Part shown: positions 25,812 through 41,239 of the stretch, piece by piece | How positions within the stretch are numbered: position 1 is the first letter of the stretch | Layout of the letters: each line of letters starts with the position of its first letter | NCBI GenBank assembly: GCA_028023455.1 | Contig: JAQFVV010000003.1 | Span: forward strand, 23,498,001 to 23,562,000 | Source of the DNA: Epiperipatus broadwayi | Taxonomy: Eukaryota > Animalia > Onychophora | Direction: 5' to 3' | DNA length: 64,000 nucleotides | The notes under the pieces: generated by a model | What the model saw: only the letters and a program-made list of their open reading frames with translations | The model's database searches: none | Told to the model about the DNA's origin: nothing | Position numbers and translations under genes: made by a program

Positions 25812-27820
25812 ACTTATGTAATGTATACACGCTTAATAAATTTATAATTACAACTTTAAAATACTATGAAAATGGAGAGTAAGCATTAGCTAGCTTGACA
25901 CAGTTATTCCTAGAAATATTTTTGAACATTTCATGTATATTATATTAAGAATAAATGTTTTAGAAATATTGTTATAGTAAATTAGAACTAAATAAATAGT
26001 CATATATATATATATTTTGTTAATATGCATTAAACTTTCTCTATTCATAATCAATGTTAAAATGATAATTGAAACAATTTGATATATAATAGGTAATAAT
26101 GAAAGGTTAGTCACTCAAGAAATCATGTGATGTTCAAGAACAATGACTAATTAAATTTGGATTTGGAAATCTTTTTTTTTTTCAATCTATCACTGTATCA
26201 CTGTGCTAAACTGTATAAGGTGGTGGACTGTAGTTGACATATATTACAGTGAACTAATGTGAAGCTATTGAAATCACTTTTAAGCTAAGTCAGACATAAA
26301 AAAATTCTAATTACTACAATTATTGCAACATAATATTTATGTGAGTGATTATGATAATGGTATTTTACTTTCATTACATGCTGGTCTAATTGGTTAAAAC
26401 ATTAGCTTAAATTCAATATTCACAAATCTAATGTTTACTGGTTCAATTTCCATTCTAGTAGTCAAATCATCAATATCTAAAGAAAGAAGAAAAATAACAC
26501 TCAACATATTGTGTTGTCTACTAATCTATGTATTATTATTAACAGTTAAAAGTATTGGAAAAGTTTAAAAAAGTTTGAATTTTTCTAAAAACATTCAATT
26601 CAATTAGTTAATGGAAATGAGTTACCATATAATTACATACAATACATAAATGTTTAATAAAAAATTTTTAAATCATTGATACAATTTTTTTATTGAATAT
26701 AAAAAAAAAGTTCTGCAAATAAAAGGATTTATTACAAGAGAATTAAAATAAAACAAGTTAATAAAGTGGTTATAAAACTGAATAACTTTAAATTTTTATC
26801 AATTAGCTGAATGTTATAGAGAGTTTATAATGTGAAAGAAAATGTTTAAACTTCTTATTGAATCATTCTTATAACACATATAATAAAAATGTCAATGAGA
26901 TGAAAATTCTGCATTAACAGAAATAATCTACTTTATTTTCCTATTCTAGAGCCATCTACTATAAGAATGCACAATCAATGAATGTCAGATTATAATCTCA
27001 ATCTAATTTGTGGACTAGTGTCTTCCTATTTGCTTTATCAATAAGGAGTATTGGATTTGCACATACATATCCAGCAGCCAACTTTACCTTTTTTTTCAAA
27101 CGCTCTAAGATTTGAACTTTAACTAATCTGCCTCTATAATTATATAAATTTGATTTTTAGTCAGAAATTATATACTTTAATGACCTTATTTATATGCTAA
27201 CTATAGATTTCCCTTATTCTTTGTTAAAAGGGAGAATATTTATCAAATGTTAAAAGTGCTAACAATTAACATGTAACTAAATCCATTAAAATATATAGTT
27301 GCCATTGTAGGGTGAGATCTATATTTTATAAAATCAAATTGGCTCTTGTTCAACACTCTAAGATGTTTGAAACTGTCATTAATTTAGGTAGTTTGCAACA
27401 ACTTCATGTGATTTCTGAGTGTGTATGCAATCAAATACCTTATAATTGGTGAAATTAATAATCAATAACTAGTACAGAGATTTAATTAATATAATTATTG
27501 ATTACTCATATTTCTAGAAGATGGCATTAATAGATGTTAAATGTATACTCAGCAAGTTTTGATGCTTTGGTCATGTAATTGTTTGATGTAAGTAGAGAGT
27601 GTTTAGTTACATCCCAAATTTATACATAGAATCCCTAATGTTCTTTTTATTATATCTGTAAAGTTATTAATGTTTCATATTTTTGTCTTAATGTAGGATA
27701 TGTGTAAATATGAGCAAAAAGGATTTGAATTTGTATACTAATAATATTCAAAGTAGTTAATTTGATGAACAGATTTCCATATGATATGAAATCTTCAAAT
27801 TTTGTAGTATAGATTGTTTT

Positions 27821-28090
27821 ACTGACCTCAATGAAAAAATTAAAAGATTGAAGTGGAGTTGGGCTGGACATATTGCTAGAAGAGATGATAACAGATGGAC
27901 AATTGAAGTCTTAAATGGGATTCCAAGAGATTGTAAAAGATCCAGAAAGAGACCACATGTGAGATGGATGGATGAGATGAAAAAGTGTGCAGGGGTGATG
28001 TGGAGAAGAGAAGCTAAAGATCGGAGAAGATGGATTGAACTTGGAGAGACCTTCATCCTGCAGTGGATTGATAATGGTTGATGATGATGA
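27821..28090 (+). mobile_element. RTE-clade LINE 3' end with (TGA)n tail
   Basis: LKWSWAGHIARRDDNRWTIEVLNGIPRDCKRSRKRPHVRWMDE..W..LGETFILQWIDNG* followed by tgatgatga. Confidence 0.92.
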
Positions 28091-29689
28091 ACAGGATACA
28101 GTGCATTATTTTTCTTTCCTGCTCAATTACAAATGGAAGAAAGAATAAAATTTAATCATCACATTGAATTTGCAATAGAAATAATATAACTTTATATTTT
28201 AAAGAAATATATATAAAATATTGTTTAAAAGACTTACTTAATGGTAATATCACACCTATTTTTATAGTTCATTACAGAAATGATAGAAGAATTGTTGAGA
28301 GTAATTAGGCAATCCATTTCTTCAAATTAGAGTATTTCCTTGAAATATATTATTATTTCATTTCTTATAATTAAATCAAAAACTAAAATTATAAAAATTT
28401 CTTATTTATTGTTGTATATTCATTCTCTGAGGCTTGGTGCAAGGGCAAAAATGACTGATTTTGTAACTCAGTCTAGCTCTTCCAATATTTGAATCACTTA
28501 TAAACTCTTAAGTAATAAACCATGGCTACTTATTATTATTATTATTACTGTGTATGATATTTTGAATATTCTTTATGCAAAAAGTTTTATTAATTGTTTC
28601 TGCATATTGGTGATTTATGTTGTAGTGCTAACACATTCTTGGGCCTTAATTCAATTTCAAATTTAGGCTGAATAATACTGAATATTTTTTTTTTTGGATT
28701 CCAATCAGAATTAGGATTTGTTTTTAAATAGTTAGTCCATTGTCAAATCAGTTTTTCATCCATATTAGTCAGTAAATAGATATCTAGCTATTCCAAGTTA
28801 GAGAACAAAAGAGAAAGAAAAATCTACACCTTATGTCAAATTAACAAGTTTGATGAAGAATGCTTTTTCCTCCATTGATTAACTATCATGGATTTTTCCC
28901 TGCAGTGGAGGTGTTTCTTTTTTGCATTAGAAAATACTGCAATTAAGAACAGCTAATAATTCTTCTCTCTTATAGGATGAGAAACCTCTTGCATTTCAAA
29001 ATATTTAAAAAAAAGAAATTGCATATTATTATTATCTTTAGTTAAATTATTATCTTTTCATTTTTCTTGCCATGATGCACCAAATTATGACATAGAATCA
29101 TGGGACCAGGACCTGTAGAAAGATATCTTCCCTTCCATTAATGACATCCACATATTACAATTGTAATTTTTATTCTTATAATCAGAACATTAACACTAAC
29201 CTGACTAGCTTAAACCTAGGACCTTTACTAGTAAATTAATGACAACTAGATACCATTTACCAAATATCAATAGTTGATTGATTAGTTGGGTTAGTTGTGA
29301 CATGATAGGATGTTGTGATAACCATTATGTCAACCAATCTTATAAATAATTAGGTAACAAAGCAATGCGATTGGAGAGATATACAATCCACTTACAACAG
29401 ACTAATGTGCAAGAAATCACTAATATCTAAGAATTATAAAAGCAGCATATCATAAGTAAGACAGACTACAAGAATACTTCAACTATTACAAATTATAATT
29501 ATTGCCTGTGAGTGAGAAGGCTATAAAGATTTTGCTAAATATTAGAGCTGAATCCTAGCAATTATCACAAAAGGAACAATAAAATTTGAACTGATTTTAT
29601 AGATCTTCATTCACTCCTTGATAGCAATTTATAGAAATTCTTATATATTAAACTATTTTAAGCCATTAAAATATTATGTCTATTAATAG

Positions 29690-30960
29690 GTGGCCTGGAA
29701 AGCAACCTTATACTCTGGTATGTGTCTATTATTTCTGACTGTTGATAAAATAAATGAATTTTCATGTATAGCTTACATGAATGATGTCTTAGTCTTGTTG
29801 CCATCTAAAAGACATATCTTCAAACTTCTAAAGATTCTTTCAGCTTATACAAACAAATATAGGTTAACTTTCAACAGGAAAAATCCTGTACCTGGTACAT
29901 TTACACAGATAATAATATAGCAGAATATTTAAAAGACATACATAACCCATTCCTTTATTTAATTTCTACCTGAACCTTACCAATGCAATCGCTTATTCAA
30001 AAAAGACTTTAAAGTAGAAATTATAATAAACTTTCTAACAAAATTCTACCTATCACTTTACATAAAGATATCATTTTTTAACATGCTAATCATGACAAAA
30101 ATCTGATACTACACTTCGGCAATAATTTACACCAAAGTATTCTCAAATCAAATAGACTCACTATGCAGAAAACTCTTGTGGGGAAAAAAAGGTAATTGCA
30201 ATATCACTAAGATGTCTTGAAAATCCATTCTCACAAAATGGTCTAGGACTTCATTTATTTCTCACTTTCAAAATCCAAACAACTATTATTATAATCTCAG
30301 TATATACAAAAAAATTACCAAATCTAGAAACAGCTTGTGAAATCACTCCCACAAACAAATCACTACCTAGTCAAAGATATCTGTAGACACTACTTGCTCT
30401 AGTATTGTCCATAAGAAACCTCAAAATAAATTCAAGTGTACTGGGAAATCCAGGCACTTTTACAATCTCTATAAGATATTGAGAAAACCACACTCGATAT
30501 CACTAGCAAACAACCTTGCCATAAATTCAAAATCTCATCACTTGAACCAAACTATTTTGATTTTTTAATTTAAAATTAATCTTTATTTATTACCTGCACA
30601 ACATTTCCTAAGGTTTAAAAGAAACTACCAAAATTTTGATCATCGATGCATCTTTTGCCACAAAGATTCAGAAACACAGGATCACATTTTTTTTTCATAG
30701 CAAGTCCTCAATAATATTTATTGAATGATACATTTTTCAAAAATAAAAAAAGAAATATAAAATTAGCCTGTTAGACTTATTCTAAAAAGAAGTCTTCTCT
30801 ATCATCTGGTGAAACCAAGAAGACACCCAAATACTTTTAAAAACAAATTGGATAATATATGCCAAAGAGAAAAAATAAATAAATCATAAAACTTTCATTG
30901 ACACCTGGTCTCACTTGTATTTATGCTCAAGCCTACAAAAAGAAATTAACTCTCAAGATT
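29690..30960 (+). mobile_element. Degraded L1/Tx1-type LINE ORF2 (RT end to zinc-binding domain)
   Basis: IAYMNDVLVLL (YADD-like), IDSLCRKLLWGK, NGLGL and CIFCHKDSETQDHIFF, in order, with stops and frameshifts between. Confidence 0.7.
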
Positions 30961-31289
30961 AATAATAAATCTGAAATGAAAAGCAAAAGGTCCCACTTGA
31001 TACCATTGCAATATCTCAAATGAAAACCAGCTTATTTAATTGTGAACTTCTTCTTACTTTCAAAACTTTGAATATGTCAACTTCTGTATTATTATTTTCT
31101 GTTTTCTTAACAGTCACTCCAAAAGTATGTGAACAAAAATTGTGTAATCTAGATTACTTTGTTGAATAAAATCCTTTGAATACTAAAATAAACTAATTGT
31201 GCTTGTGGTCTCTTCCTTCAGTGCAAATAATACAGAACCATTATAGTATTTATAATACATTTAATGTACCAGATAATTTACAATATTGC

Positions 31290-33480
31290 AATAGTGCAAT
31301 AAATATTTAAGAGAATTGAGAAAGATATTAAAAATTATACACTTTTATGGTAAAATGTTTACTAGAATTATTACAAAATTGTTTGCAAAGAATTTTTGAC
31401 TTATGCCAATTGAAGAACATAGCTGGATTTAAAAGTGGTTGTAGCATAGCAAGTCACAGTTAGATATTAAGAGAAGTTATAAAAAAAAAGTTCAATGAAT
31501 ATAAATTGCCACATTGCATTGGATTTGTAATAACAAAAAATATTTTGTCAATATTGTGAATTTCTCTTAAGCTTATCCTCAGTAATGGATTTACCAAATT
31601 ATAGAGTCCTCTACATCATATGTAGAATATAGTATGCTGACCAATGAATTTATAATGGCTATAAAAAATTATCAAACAATACATAAACAAATTAAAACAG
31701 GCAAAACTCTCCATATAGTAGTGCCACTCAGTACAAGCCAGAGTAATCAATGGATGCCAAAAAGCTTGTGCATAAAATCCCTATCTAGGGAATACTCATC
31801 CAATACCCCTAGCCTAGTTTCTGGCTTGTGGCCTTCATCAGTGAGGAGCCTTGGATCTGAGAGCACTGCACATTGAGCTTAGGATCTAATGCAACCCTCC
31901 AGCAGCCACCTTTTATCTCAACTACAAAACTATGAATCTAAAATTGAAAACACAATACTGTCAATCTAAGCTCATTAGCCTATATAGTCATATAGATCTA
32001 GCTTGCACTGAGTGGCAGTATTGTATAGAGAGTTTTGCCTGTTTTAATAACAGTTATGAACAAGCATAAAAAATGGTGATCATGTGACACAAGTCAATTA
32101 AACAACTAAAAATCTAATTGTTCATAGTAAGATAGATGAACTGGCTTAAAATTGAAATTCATTTGAGAGAGAGGAATGCATACACAGGTGTTATTAAGAC
32201 ATATTTAGTACAGCAATTATTCTTATCATGACGCATGTTAACCATTATTTTAAAAAAACAGGCAGGCAAGTTTAAGTTTAGAGCACTTACCACTGATGGT
32301 ATTGGACTTTTCACAAGACAAGGCAAGTTTCTGAGAATGTTTGAGTTTATCAGAATGACTCATGGCATTCTATTAATCGTTGTTACTGGAAACAACTACA
32401 TATTTATACAAATCTCACCAACCATAATGGATGGTAAATTCCTTTAACTATTGTTAATATATTATTACTGTCAATAAATTCAATAAATGCTTTGATAATA
32501 TTTTAGTCAGTTATTTATTATGTGGAAAACATTTAACAAAATGTATGCAATTAATAGTGAGAAGTTTAATTTTGGAACATCAAGACATGGTTAAGATATA
32601 GATTACACTTAGATAATGGTCAAATTCAGAAAAATATTTATCAAAATTCAGCAGTAGTTATTAGAGTATGTAGGGATTCTTGTTAGATTATTAATTTTGA
32701 TAAGGGTAAATAACAATGTTTTTATCTCTAAAAATCTTTTTAAAGCATTTTTTGAGGGGGGGGGGTATTTTTTGAATTAAAATAGGCAGTAATGCAAGTA
32801 AAAATAAATGAATATAAATGAATATTATTAAATTAATAGATTTTATAGATGATGTGATTGTTTTAAGAAATGTTATAAAAGTTATCTGATGATAGCAATA
32901 AAATAAAACTAAAAGTTAAAACATCTAAATGACTTGAGAAAATATCAAATTAGAAATTAAACAAGTATAAATACCTTTCTTAGTTTATTAGTACAAATAG
33001 AACATTAAGGCTAAAATTGATCATAGACTTCAACTATGGAAGAAATGGTTAAAAAAAAAATGCTTACATGAGTAAAAAGAAAGATTTTTGACATATGTAT
33101 TCTATCAATCCTTACTTATGGACCTGGGAATTTTGTCAGCTAACAGAAGAGCAATATATAAATGCAGACCACAGAATAAAATATTGAGGGATATATCATT
33201 TTGGAATTAAGAAGAAATCAAAAATAAATTATAAGGAGGAGAAAGCCCAACAAATATTTCTGATAATAATGCAAGAATTAAGAAGCTGAAATGAAGTTAC
33301 ATGATATTGAATAACTGAAGCCTTATATCATTTCCCAAGACATTGCAAGAAAAAAAAGGGGCGGAGTAGAAAAAGATCACAAAGGAAATGAATGAATGTG
33401 ATTAAGAAATTTATTAATGAATTATTGAGAAGAGAAACTATGGATAAGTTAAACTGGATTAAACTAACAGAGACTTTTAG
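31290..33480 (+). mobile_element. Heavily degraded RTE LINE interrupted by a MITE
   Basis: AGFKSG..EVI..FNEYKLPHCIGFV at about 31410-31530, LSDD (YADD-like) at about 32882 and ILSILTYG at about 33095, then a KR/GR-rich end. Confidence 0.55.
31691..32048. mobile_element. MITE with about 48 bp TIRs carrying an internal hammerhead relic (31806-31846, -)
   Basis: TIRs attaaaacaggcaaaactctccatatagtagtgccactcagtacaagc / gcttgcactgagtggcagtattgtatagagagttttgcctgttttaat. Internal minus strand: CCTCA CTGATGA AGGC CACAA GCCA GAAA CTAG GC TAGGGG. Confidence 0.8.
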
Positions 33481-33944
33481 GTAATTGAAATAGTTGAAAA
33501 TGTCTTAAATCTTAAAATAACTTTGAATAAAATAAATTTAAATCTATCATGTTAATTAACATTTAAATTTAGTAATTAGAAAATATATTAAAGAATTCTA
33601 TGATCACAAAATATATGGATATTAAGATATATCTTAATTGTTATGGGAGCAAAAGTTAAAATTTTATTTGAGGGAAAGGGGATTTTTGATGTTCATGCCC
33701 AATTTTTTTATTCCCACTATAATTCTAAATTTGCATGTATCAACAAACACACTCGTATATAAATAAAGATAAAACAGCTTTGAAATATCTCATTGCAGGG
33801 CAAAGATCTTCTAATAGCCTTTCAGAGAGTAACAATGAAGGAAAAGGTAATATGCAGTAGGTTTATCAATTGACAAGTGATGAGAATTTGAATTAGTTTT
33901 TCAATTTATTTTCTAGTCAAGAATATTTAAATGTTCAATTACCA

Positions 33945-34247
33945 GCTGGGTTGGTTAAGGACTGCCTATTTGAACAAAAAATCCGAGTCTCTATATGACC
34001 CGAATTCGAACCCACATTGTAGTCATGGAAAATAGAAGTGCTACTATTGTACAACACCCACACATTATTGATTGTTTAAAATCTCTAGGTGGATAGTTGG
34101 CTGGGTTGGTTAAGGACTGCCTATTTGAACAAAAAATCCGAGTCTCTATATGATCCGAATTCGAACCCACATTATAATCATGGAAAATAGAAGTGCTACT
34201 ATTGTACAACACCCACACATTATTGATTGTTTAAAATCTCTAGGTGG
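33945..34247 (-). repeat. Tandem duplication of a 148 bp unit (period 155) with a tRNA-like/SINE-like segment
   Basis: 33945-34092 and 34100-34247 differ at three positions by eye. Minus strand has GGTGTTGTACAATAGTAGCAC..TTTCCAT..GGGTTCGAATTC (A-box-like and B-box-like). Confidence 0.85.
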
Positions 34248-34894
34248 CACATACTTGACAAAACTTAGAAAGAATACAAAAACACCCCCGAGACTTTTGA
34301 AATTGCTTCTCAATCCTAATCAATCTTTACTATGTGTATTCAACAGCGTACACTTCCATATTTATAGCTATATTCCCCTCCCTTCTTCTCCACATGTGCA
34401 TTTAGACACACATATATGTGAACAATCATTGTAAAAACTTATAGTTAATTAAAAAAAAAAAAAAAGCGAATTATTGAAGTTTATCATTATTGGGTAGATT
34501 TTAAATTTGAATTAATTAAATATAATTATTATAATTTATTTCATAACAATATAAATTTAATAAGTTTTAGACAGGGAAATGAACTTAGCAAGACGAAGCA
34601 TTTAAATTCTAAATATTGCTGACAGCGTATGTGGTGATAGGTAGGTGGTTTGGTGGAGAGGCCTGGGGAGGGGGGGGTAATACCAATAGAATTTCTTAAC
34701 AAAAAAATCGCATGTTAATTTGTGTTGACAGTACTGTTTTTTTTTTTTTTTAAAAAAAAACTATTTGAGATTGTGTAGTTAGTTATTTTTCAAAATTTTT
34801 TTTTTTTTTTTGGCAACAATGTTAGAATGTATAAAGGGAAATAAAATTGGATGAACTATTGCATTAAAACTAAATGTCTATAAATAAAACAAGA

Positions 34895-34920
34895 TACAGT
34901 AGATCCTCGAGTATATGAAT
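34895..34920 (+). mobile_element. Possible solo pogo/Tigger-type TIR
   Basis: TA CAGTAGATCCTCGAGTATATGAA resembles pogo-type termini. I found no partner end. Confidence 0.35.
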
Positions 34921-36424
34921 TCATTTGATACCAAGAATGGTGTGAGAAATAAATAGATGGGTTAACCAAGAGATTGGACATCCAATTTATAAGAAATAAA
35001 ATATAATTATCTTTTATTACTACTTCCATATTTCGAAATATTAAGTATATTTTAAAACGGAAAAATAGATAATAAGCAAAATGCCATGCATTGTGGTATT
35101 TATTGTGGTATTTTCTAAAAATTGAATTACCAAACTAAGTATGTTTAAATATAATTCATTTAACGGAGTATAAACTTAATAGGTGAAATTACAAATCTCC
35201 CCTCCCCTCTTCATAAAACAATACTATGTGTAATTTAATGTAGTAGTGGACAGATGTTCCAGATCGCCACTTCTGGTGTTCGAATTTCTTATGAACTTCA
35301 GAGAAATAAACCATTCGATTATTACTTGAAAATAAAACAATGAACTATTTAATATGTTTACAAAAATTGCATAAATTTTAAAAAATGCTAAATAACAAAT
35401 TTATAAATTATTATACTGCCATGAATTTTATTTTATATGAGGAAACGATTTTTTTTTTAATATTGCAAATCAATTTTGTATAGTATGAAAAATTAAGAGG
35501 CAAAATTTATTAGCAAACTTTATTAATTATGAAAACAGGAAAAACTCTCAATACAAGTAATTATGCTTATTAATTACTGTTTTTAATATAGTAAGCACAA
35601 GTAGCCCCTAAATTTAGGCTAATCCTCATAACTGACTTCTGAACAAAAGATGCCCCTTTCCTACTCAGAACAGGATTGGTCAAAGTGATGCCTAGGAGTT
35701 ATGCAACAATTTTTGAGACATAAATTTTTGTAATAAATATGAAAGTAATTACCTTGATACTAATCTAGTTACATTGAAGGAAAACAACTTCATTTTATAG
35801 AAGACTAAGAATAAGCGACTTCAATGAAAAATTTTGTGAATAATATATATTATTGTGTGAATATATGCATTAATAAAATAAAAAACGGAACAAAACTCAT
35901 GTTAAAAAAAGTTTCACATATTAAGAGTTTGATAAAATGTTTCAATTTCATATATTTAAAATAATGTTGATGATGTTTTTTTTTTTTGGTTAAATTATAT
36001 ATTTTTTCCTGTAGAAAACTAATGTTTTAAGTTCAAATTAGTTCATAAGTAAAATTAATTTGAAATAAATCTTTTTCAATGTTTTTGGTTTCCAAATTTT
36101 TATCAGCATATTCTTAATCTCAAATTTTATTATAGCTTAATTTCAGACCATCCTATCTCACTACACATGTATTTACTGAATGACTTTTGCTTATCAGATG
36201 AGAGACAATAATACCTGGATCCCCATTCTCATATTAATACTCTAATATTTTTCCATTACATCATTCTCTTGCAAGATAGGTAGATACCGGTTTCTAACCA
36301 CTTTTAAGAAATTGTATAAGAATGAAAAATCAGTCATTGTGCCTTAGGAATAACATCTCTAATTCCATTACATCATAGCTATCCACTTTAATGATTTGTT
36401 TTGACAACTATAAACCATTGTCAA

Positions 36425-36496
36425 GCTTTGGTGGCCTTGTGGTTAGCATAAATGCCTTACAAGCAGCTGGCCCGGGTTCGCTTCCTGGTCAACGCT
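36425..36496 (+). pseudogene. tRNA-Gly(TCC)-derived pseudogene with anticodon mutated to TAC
   Basis: GCTTTGGTGGCCTTGTGGTTAGCATAAATGCCTTACAAGCAGCTGGCCCGGGTTCGCTTCCTGGTCAACGCT aligns end to end with metazoan tRNA-Gly(TCC). There are mismatches in the acceptor and anticodon stems, and the T-loop A58 is changed to C. Confidence 0.8.
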
Positions 36497-36662
36497 TTGA
36501 TATATATATATATAAAACTAAACCATTTTTTTAAATCCTAAATCTATTGTAAAATCAACTCTTAAATATTATGACCAGGATTCCATTCTTATTCTATTAA
36601 AGATCTTCATCTATTGTATGCTTAAATAATCAATGAACTCTAAACAATAGCATCAACCAAGT

Positions 36663-36701
36663 TTCCAGACTAGTATCTGGTTATTGGCCTTCATGTATGA
36701 A
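36663..36701 (-). ncRNA. Degenerate hammerhead relic, same type as 31806-31846
   Basis: TTCA TACATGA AGGC CAATA ACCA GATA CTAG TC TGGAA. Stems and the ACTAGT palindrome match, but the core is mutated. Confidence 0.45.
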
Positions 36702-37918
36702 GAGCTTTAAATTTATGCATATCTATTAATCATGACTACTATAGATGGCTTTGAAATGGATAATAAGAATGGATTGCTTCACCCAATGAAGATGTCAAAA
36801 GTTAGCTGAGTCATGACTGTATTTGATTTATTTTTCGCTATATGTTTTTAAAATAAGTAAAAATAAATCTATTATGTAGCAAGTATATTATTTCTATAGA
36901 GCAAGCAATGCATTAAGATCTATTATGAGAGGCAAGAAAGCAATGATGGTTTACTTCACTAATTTTTAGAAATCGATGTCATACCATAATCTAATCTATG
37001 TGCTACAATTTTCATAAAAGCAATGCCATTGGTATTTTGTATTTTAGCTATTGGTAAGATCCCCTACTATTGAGCAGTAGCTGACTGCATGACATGAAAA
37101 ATAATCCATCCCTTACATCATTACAGGAGACAAAATGCTTTTATAGCAAGAGCTCTATCTAATATTATAACCATGTTTTTGGGTCAATGCACACTCTCAT
37201 TCACTAGATCATTTAGATGATTTTGGTACTTTTTCCTTCTGACTTGGGTAGAATAGTACTGAATGGCCTGTTGATCTAGCTATCTGAAAAAAAAATGCAA
37301 TGCCTAACAGGAACCAATACCCATCTATCAATCATTAATGATCACATATTTTTTAGTCATCTAACCTATAAATCAATAGATAAACTGACTATCAAACTAG
37401 TTGGTTTCACTCTAAGCTTCTGGCATGAAAAAAAAAAAAATCCTAAACCTATTGTGACTAAAATAATTTCGAGATTAACTTGTCCTAGATACAATTCCAT
37501 AACATGGCCATATTATAGCTGATATGCTACCCACTATCCCATGAAGCTTTTATATTTTGAATATTAAATGAATAATGCTTTAGTCCACATATATCTTCAC
37601 TTTCCTGATTGACCTAGTTATGTTTGGGCTTGATGGTCTCTAGCTGATAATGATTAGAAATTCTTCAGCCTTCTTAGAATAGCTAATTGGTATGAGAAAG
37701 AAGAAAGTTGCCTTGCAGATTGTATTGTGATCAACTAATAAAAACATGTCTTATTAGCCTCTGATTAGATACAGACAACATCTTTCATATTATCTCTAAA
37801 TAAAATCTTGAGATACTGATTTGAATAATGTAGTTAAACGTAATCTGAATGTAAATTACCGTTATTCTGAGATAAGGCATAATAGTCATTTGTGCTTAAA
37901 CTTTAGAAATGAATATCA

Positions 37919-39275
<1,357 letters not shown>

Positions 39276-39276
39276 G

Positions 39277-39720
39277 AACATGTTGGTTTGGATCTTTTAT
39301 AAAAGATAAAGCAGCTTTTGTTAAGTTTAATGGACAAATTTCTTCTCAATATTTTTGTTATCTTGGAGTACCTCAAGGTAGTATTTTGGCTCCATTACTT
39401 TTTAATATATATATTAATAATCTTAAATCTTGTTGACAATACTCTCATCTCTTGTGTTATGCTGATGATTGTAAAATTTTTATACATATTTATTCTATTC
39501 ATGATTGCTTAATTTTTCTAAATGGTGTGAAAATAATAAAATGATAGTCAATGTGGACAAATAATCTTCAGTATTTTACTCTAATAAATCTGAAATTTTA
39601 AGATTTGAATATTATATCAATAATTTTAAAATAAAATCTGTTTATACTGTTCGGGATCTTGGAATTATATTTTCTAAAAATGATTCCTTTCATCATCATA
39701 TAGAATCAATTATTTGCTTT
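39277..39720 (+). mobile_element. CR1/L2-type LINE reverse transcriptase fragment
   Basis: VKFNGQISS..GVPQGSILAPLLFNIYINNL..LCYADDCKI..DLGIIF, broken by frameshifts. Confidence 0.85.
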
Positions 39721-40729
39721 TGAATGCACCAATAAATAAAGACTTTTTCTAACTTTGAGTCTTCCTATTTTGGAATTTGAATCTGTTTTATGGAATCCTC
39801 TTTTGAAAAGAAACAAGTAAAATACAGTTGGTTTTCAGAAAGTTTGTCAACTGAAAAGTGATTGTAAAATGTCTCTTGTAGCAAGGAGGAAAGCTGTAAC
39901 ATGATTGCAAAACTGCATTTGAATTATTGTAAATATGAAATTTGTGCCTATAATTATTTCTTATTTGAAACTTGTAGAAGTGATACTTTAAAATTTTCTC
40001 CCTTCTTTTCTCTACCTAATACTTACAATTCAGATTTTGTTAATGATTTTTCAAAGGTTGTTAAAAATATATATAATATGTAATTCATTATTTTTTATTA
40101 TTACTATTATTTTTATTATTTCTTTAAACATATAATATATATCTTTTTTATGTGCAATCTGTAATTGGCTTTTGGTTGTAGATATGTACATTAAATAAAA
40201 ATTGAATTGAATTATTATTATTATCACCACCACCTCCACCATGATGATGATAGCTACCATAATATACTTTATTGTCAACAAAGATTACACGATGCTTACA
40301 TACTTATACCTTGGTTACAATGGCATGAGGATTTTTACAGATTTGGTTCACCTGAGATTTTCATTGCTAATTATAAAGATATAGAAGTGTTGAATAAGGA
40401 TCTACATCAGTTAACCTATTCAATTACAATACTTTAGAAACTCTGGGTGTACATGGTAGATTTTTCACATTATATTTTTGTTATTGCTATCGTTGTTTAA
40501 TTTTTATTTTTATTCATTTCTGATCTTGTTGTTAGTTAATGTCCCTCCTTCAATCTCTCATTAAATTCTGTTATTGTCTTTGTTCATTGGTCAAAAATTT
40601 TATTCATTTGTTTAGCTGCATGAGAATCCACATTTCATATTGTCCTTTTAGTTTTTTGTTCATTGTTGGTTTTGTTAGAATAGGATGTGCTTATATATTG
40701 GCTAGTTTTTTGCATGCTCTTATAAATTA

Positions 40730-41095
40730 GTTTGTAATTTTAATAATGACCAGGTCTCTGCGTAGATATCTGGATCTGCAATCATTGCATCTCTGCACCT
40801 TATTTGTTGTAGCTTGTAAAATTTTGCCAGATGCCATTTGGTACTATTTCCCAGGCTAAATATACATTGTGTGCACCAAAATACATAAATTCCAAAGATT
40901 GCTGCTTATGCTGTAGGGGTTGTCTGCTTATGTGTAAAATCTGTTAGCTGCTATATAGTTTGTCTTGTTCTATATTGATTTAGCATATTGTTTTGGATAG
41001 TATTCAGTGCTGTACAATTGTAAAATATATGTTATGTTTCTTTAGTAGCATGGCACAGGTTGCAAAACGGGTCTATTGACCTATAAAAATGATGA
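40730..41095 (-). mobile_element. L1/Tx1-type ORF2 C-terminal zinc-binding fragment
   Basis: Minus strand reads DPFCNLCHATKET*HIFYNC, then W..IW and YAETWS, similar in order to 30640-30930. Confidence 0.55.
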
Positions 41096-41239
41096 TATCA
41101 TAAGAAGTAGGATATTGGTAGTGCAAATATTATTATTATGATAATGATGATTTTGATGATGATGGTCAATCACATGGATTAATTAATTCAATTCCATCCC
41201 ATTTTTTTCCATAAATTTATAATTTTCATTTTTTCACAT

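Noticed and set aside
26378-26460. tRNA-like relic (also 23213-23300, 29190-29255 and 53440-53480)
   Set aside because: Partial D-loop and T-loop resemblance only, with no complete cloverleaf. At best old SINE heads.
31545-31590. Minus strand CTGAGGA..GAAA
   Set aside because: No closable stems. It lies within degraded RTE coding sequence.
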